Shown: one piece after another, positions 62,293 through 64,000 of the stretch
Position numbering within the stretch: position 1 is the stretch's first letter
Layout of the letters: each line of letters begins with the position of its first letter
Origin: Obrimoposthia wandeli
Taxonomy: Eukaryota
NCBI GenBank assembly: GCA_977020255.1
Contig: CDROCS010006357.1
Coordinates: 62,001-126,000, forward strand
DNA length: 64,000 bases
Direction of reading: 5' to 3'
Position numbers and translations under genes: made by a program
The notes under the pieces: model-generated
Seen by the model: the letters and a program-made list of their open reading frames with translations, nothing else
The model's database searches: none
What the model was told of the DNA's origin: nothing

Positions 62293-62539
62293 AATTTGAA
62301 CCTTTACGGATTAGAAAACGGTATGGCAGAGTTTCTGTATCAGCGGCGACAAGTGTGTGATCCATAAAGCGACAAAAGCTTGGTATGTCTCTTGTTGTCG
62401 ATGGGTCATCTGCAAGTATTAGTAATGTCTCGCCTTCTTCCATTTTTCTGACTGTTTTACGTACCATCATTACAGGTTCTGGACAGCGCAATCCTTGTGC
62501 TTCCAAGTTATGTGTTGGGTTTTCAAATAATGCTGTCAT
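62291..62539 (-). CDS. tusA: Sulfur carrier protein TusA (SirA)
   Basis: [20 protein letters not shown] (CPxP motif), [17 protein letters not shown]. Confidence 0.96.
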   Translation of the reverse strand: MTALFENPTHNLEAQGLRCPEPVMMVRKTVRKMEEGETLLILADDPSTTRDIPSFCRFMDHTLVAADTETLPYRFLIRKGSN

Positions 62540-62678
62540 AACGATTATATTCCGGTTTCGATGGCTTGATCATACTTATGGATAAGAATTAATCAATAAG
62601 GGTTGGCAAATAAGAATAAACTGTGTAACTTATTTAACAGGTATTTAACATTTCTTCTGAAGGATTAGGAGGTATCAA

Positions 62679-62861
62679 ATGCTGACACAGATTGATCGAT
62701 TAACTATTTATTGCGTGCTGTGCTTTATAACTTTTTGTTCTCTCGTTTTACGCAGCCCTAATGATATGAGTATTTTTGCGCTTGGTGGGTTAATTGCCAC
62801 CGCGATTGGACTTTGGTTCGAATTAACCAATTCACCAGAACTCGAAGAGGAAGATGGTTAA
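62679..62861 (+). CDS. Small hypothetical membrane protein (60 aa)
   Basis: RBS AGGAGG, two hydrophobic segments, acidic tail, downstream terminator. Confidence 0.6.
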   Translation: MLTQIDRLTIYCVLCFITFCSLVLRSPNDMSIFALGGLIATAIGLWFELTNSPELEEEDG

Positions 62862-62914
62862 CTTTTCCCTCTTACACGATACATCTACTACACTCCCCCT
62901 AGTTTTCTTGGGCT

Positions 62915-62940
62915 TCCCCGCTTTTTTGCGGGATTTTTTT
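62915..62940 (+). terminator. Probable intrinsic terminator
   Basis: CCCGC-loop-GCGGG followed by ATTTTTTT. Confidence 0.6.
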
Positions 62941-62996
62941 TATCTGTCCCTTCATAATCTAATTGTCTTGGTAACGGTGCTGTTATCGCTAAGTAA

Positions 62997-63950
62997 GTGA
63001 AGCTTGATATGGAATTAGAAGAAGTCTACCGCCGTGATTTAAATTTATTGGTGGCATTGAAAGTATTACTTGATGAATGCAGTGTCAGCCGGGCTGCTAT
63101 ACGATTGAACTTGAGTCAATCGGCGATGAGTCGGGTTTTAGGTCGCCTACGTGATTTATTGGCTGATCCGCTATTTACTCGGCAAGGGCAGCACTTGATT
63201 CCGACACAACGTGCATTAGAAATAAATGAATCATTAAATGAGCCCTTAGAAGCACTGCGTATTTTACTTACACCAAGTGACTTTCGACCTGAGTTATGCG
63301 ATCAACGGTTTGTTATCGCGACTACCGATTATGCGATGCAAACCATTTTACCTTTTGCCTTACCGCGCATTTATGAAGAAGCCCCAAATATCTCATTGAA
63401 GTTTGAGCCGTTGCAGCATGATCATTTACTTACTCAGCTCACAACAGACGGGTGCGATATGGCAATATGTCGCCCAACCAGTATCGATACCTCATTATGT
63501 CGAGATCATCTTGGCTTAGTCAGTGTTTTTTGCTTGCTCTCCAGAAACCACCCAATGGCTGATAAAGATCTTACCCTTGATGATTATCTGTCATTTCCTC
63601 ATGCAATGATTGCGATAAGCGATGGGGTGAAATCGTTAATTGATGAAGCATTACGTGGCTACCCCGAACGGAAAATGGCCTTACGCGCATCGCATTTAGA
63701 AGCTGCCTTAGCTATCGTAGATAAGATGCCACTGATCATTACGGTGCCTGCTGATTTAGCGTATTTAGTGGCCGATAAATATGATGTCGTCGTGAAGCCT
63801 TTACCCTTTGAATTTGAGCCGTTTGATTATTCACTACTGTGGCATCCACGTTGTGAACATTCTGCTTCTCAGGTGTGGTTGCGGAATTTGATAAAGGAAG
63901 AATGCAGCCGCCTTATTGGTCAGCGTATTAGCGACATGGGGTTAGCGTGA
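62997..63950 (+). CDS. LysR-family transcriptional regulator (NodD/LeuO/YidZ-like)
   Basis: DLNLLVALKVLLDECSVSRAAIRLNLSQSAMSRVLGRLRDLLADPLFTR HTH; LLWHPR near the C-terminus. Start is GTG 62997 or ATG 63009. Confidence 0.92.
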   Translation: MKLDMELEEVYRRDLNLLVALKVLLDECSVSRAAIRLNLSQSAMSRVLGRLRDLLADPLFTRQGQHLIPTQRALEINESLNEPLEALRILLTPSDFRPELCDQRFVIATTDYAMQTILPFALPRIYEEAPNISLKFEPLQHDHLLTQLTTDGCDMAICRPTSIDTSLCRDHLGLVSVFCLLSRNHPMADKDLTLDDYLSFPHAMIAISDGVKSLIDEALRGYPERKMALRASHLEAALAIVDKMPLIITVPADLAYLVADKYDVVVKPLPFEFEPFDYSLLWHPRCEHSASQVWLRNLIKEECSRLIGQRISDMGLA

Positions 63951-64000
63951 GTAATCACTTTTAGGCTTGTTCTTTTTCGGGTTATACCATTCTTGGTAAG

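Noticed and set aside
63942-64000. Possible C-terminus of a minus-strand gene entering from the right (YQEWYNPKKNKPKSDYSR*)
   Set aside because: Too short to identify or to confirm as coding.

Overview
Replication-origin region of a Vibrionaceae chromosome I. Gene order and content are Photobacterium-like; from memory, a contiguous lateral-flagellum cluster near the origin was reported for Photobacterium profundum SS9, but species identity cannot be confirmed from this sequence alone. Core order: rsmG'-mnmG-oriC-mioC-mnmE-yidC-yidD-rnpA-rpmH-[polar amino-acid ABC]-dnaA-dnaN-recF-gyrB. A ~38.5-kb accessory block (15986-54427) sits between gyrB and ibpA. It carries a complete, apparently intact lateral (Flag-2/Laf) flagellar system (flhA to motB), a divergent flagellin-like orphan, a flagellin lysine methylase (fliB) and a plasmid-R1-type ParM/ParR actin partition pair. 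The core then resumes with ibpA, avtA, glyS, glyQ, an OmpA lipoprotein, a yybP-ykoY riboswitch plus mneA, tusA and a LysR gene; four parS1-type centromere palindromes lie at 55.3-61.8 kb. Most notable observations: (1) an intact chromosomal ParM plus extended ParR-like module beside the parS cluster; (2) a palindrome CGGAAGT-N3-ACTTCCG 70-71 bp upstream of both sigma54 promoters (candidate LafK enhancer); (3) a shared TTAAG-N14-GTCGC motif upstream of lafA and flgM (candidate LafS promoter); (4) the flagellin-like orphan; (5) a 47-bp direct repeat in the AT-rich fliM-motY control region. No rRNA, tRNA, CRISPR, integrase or transposase was seen.
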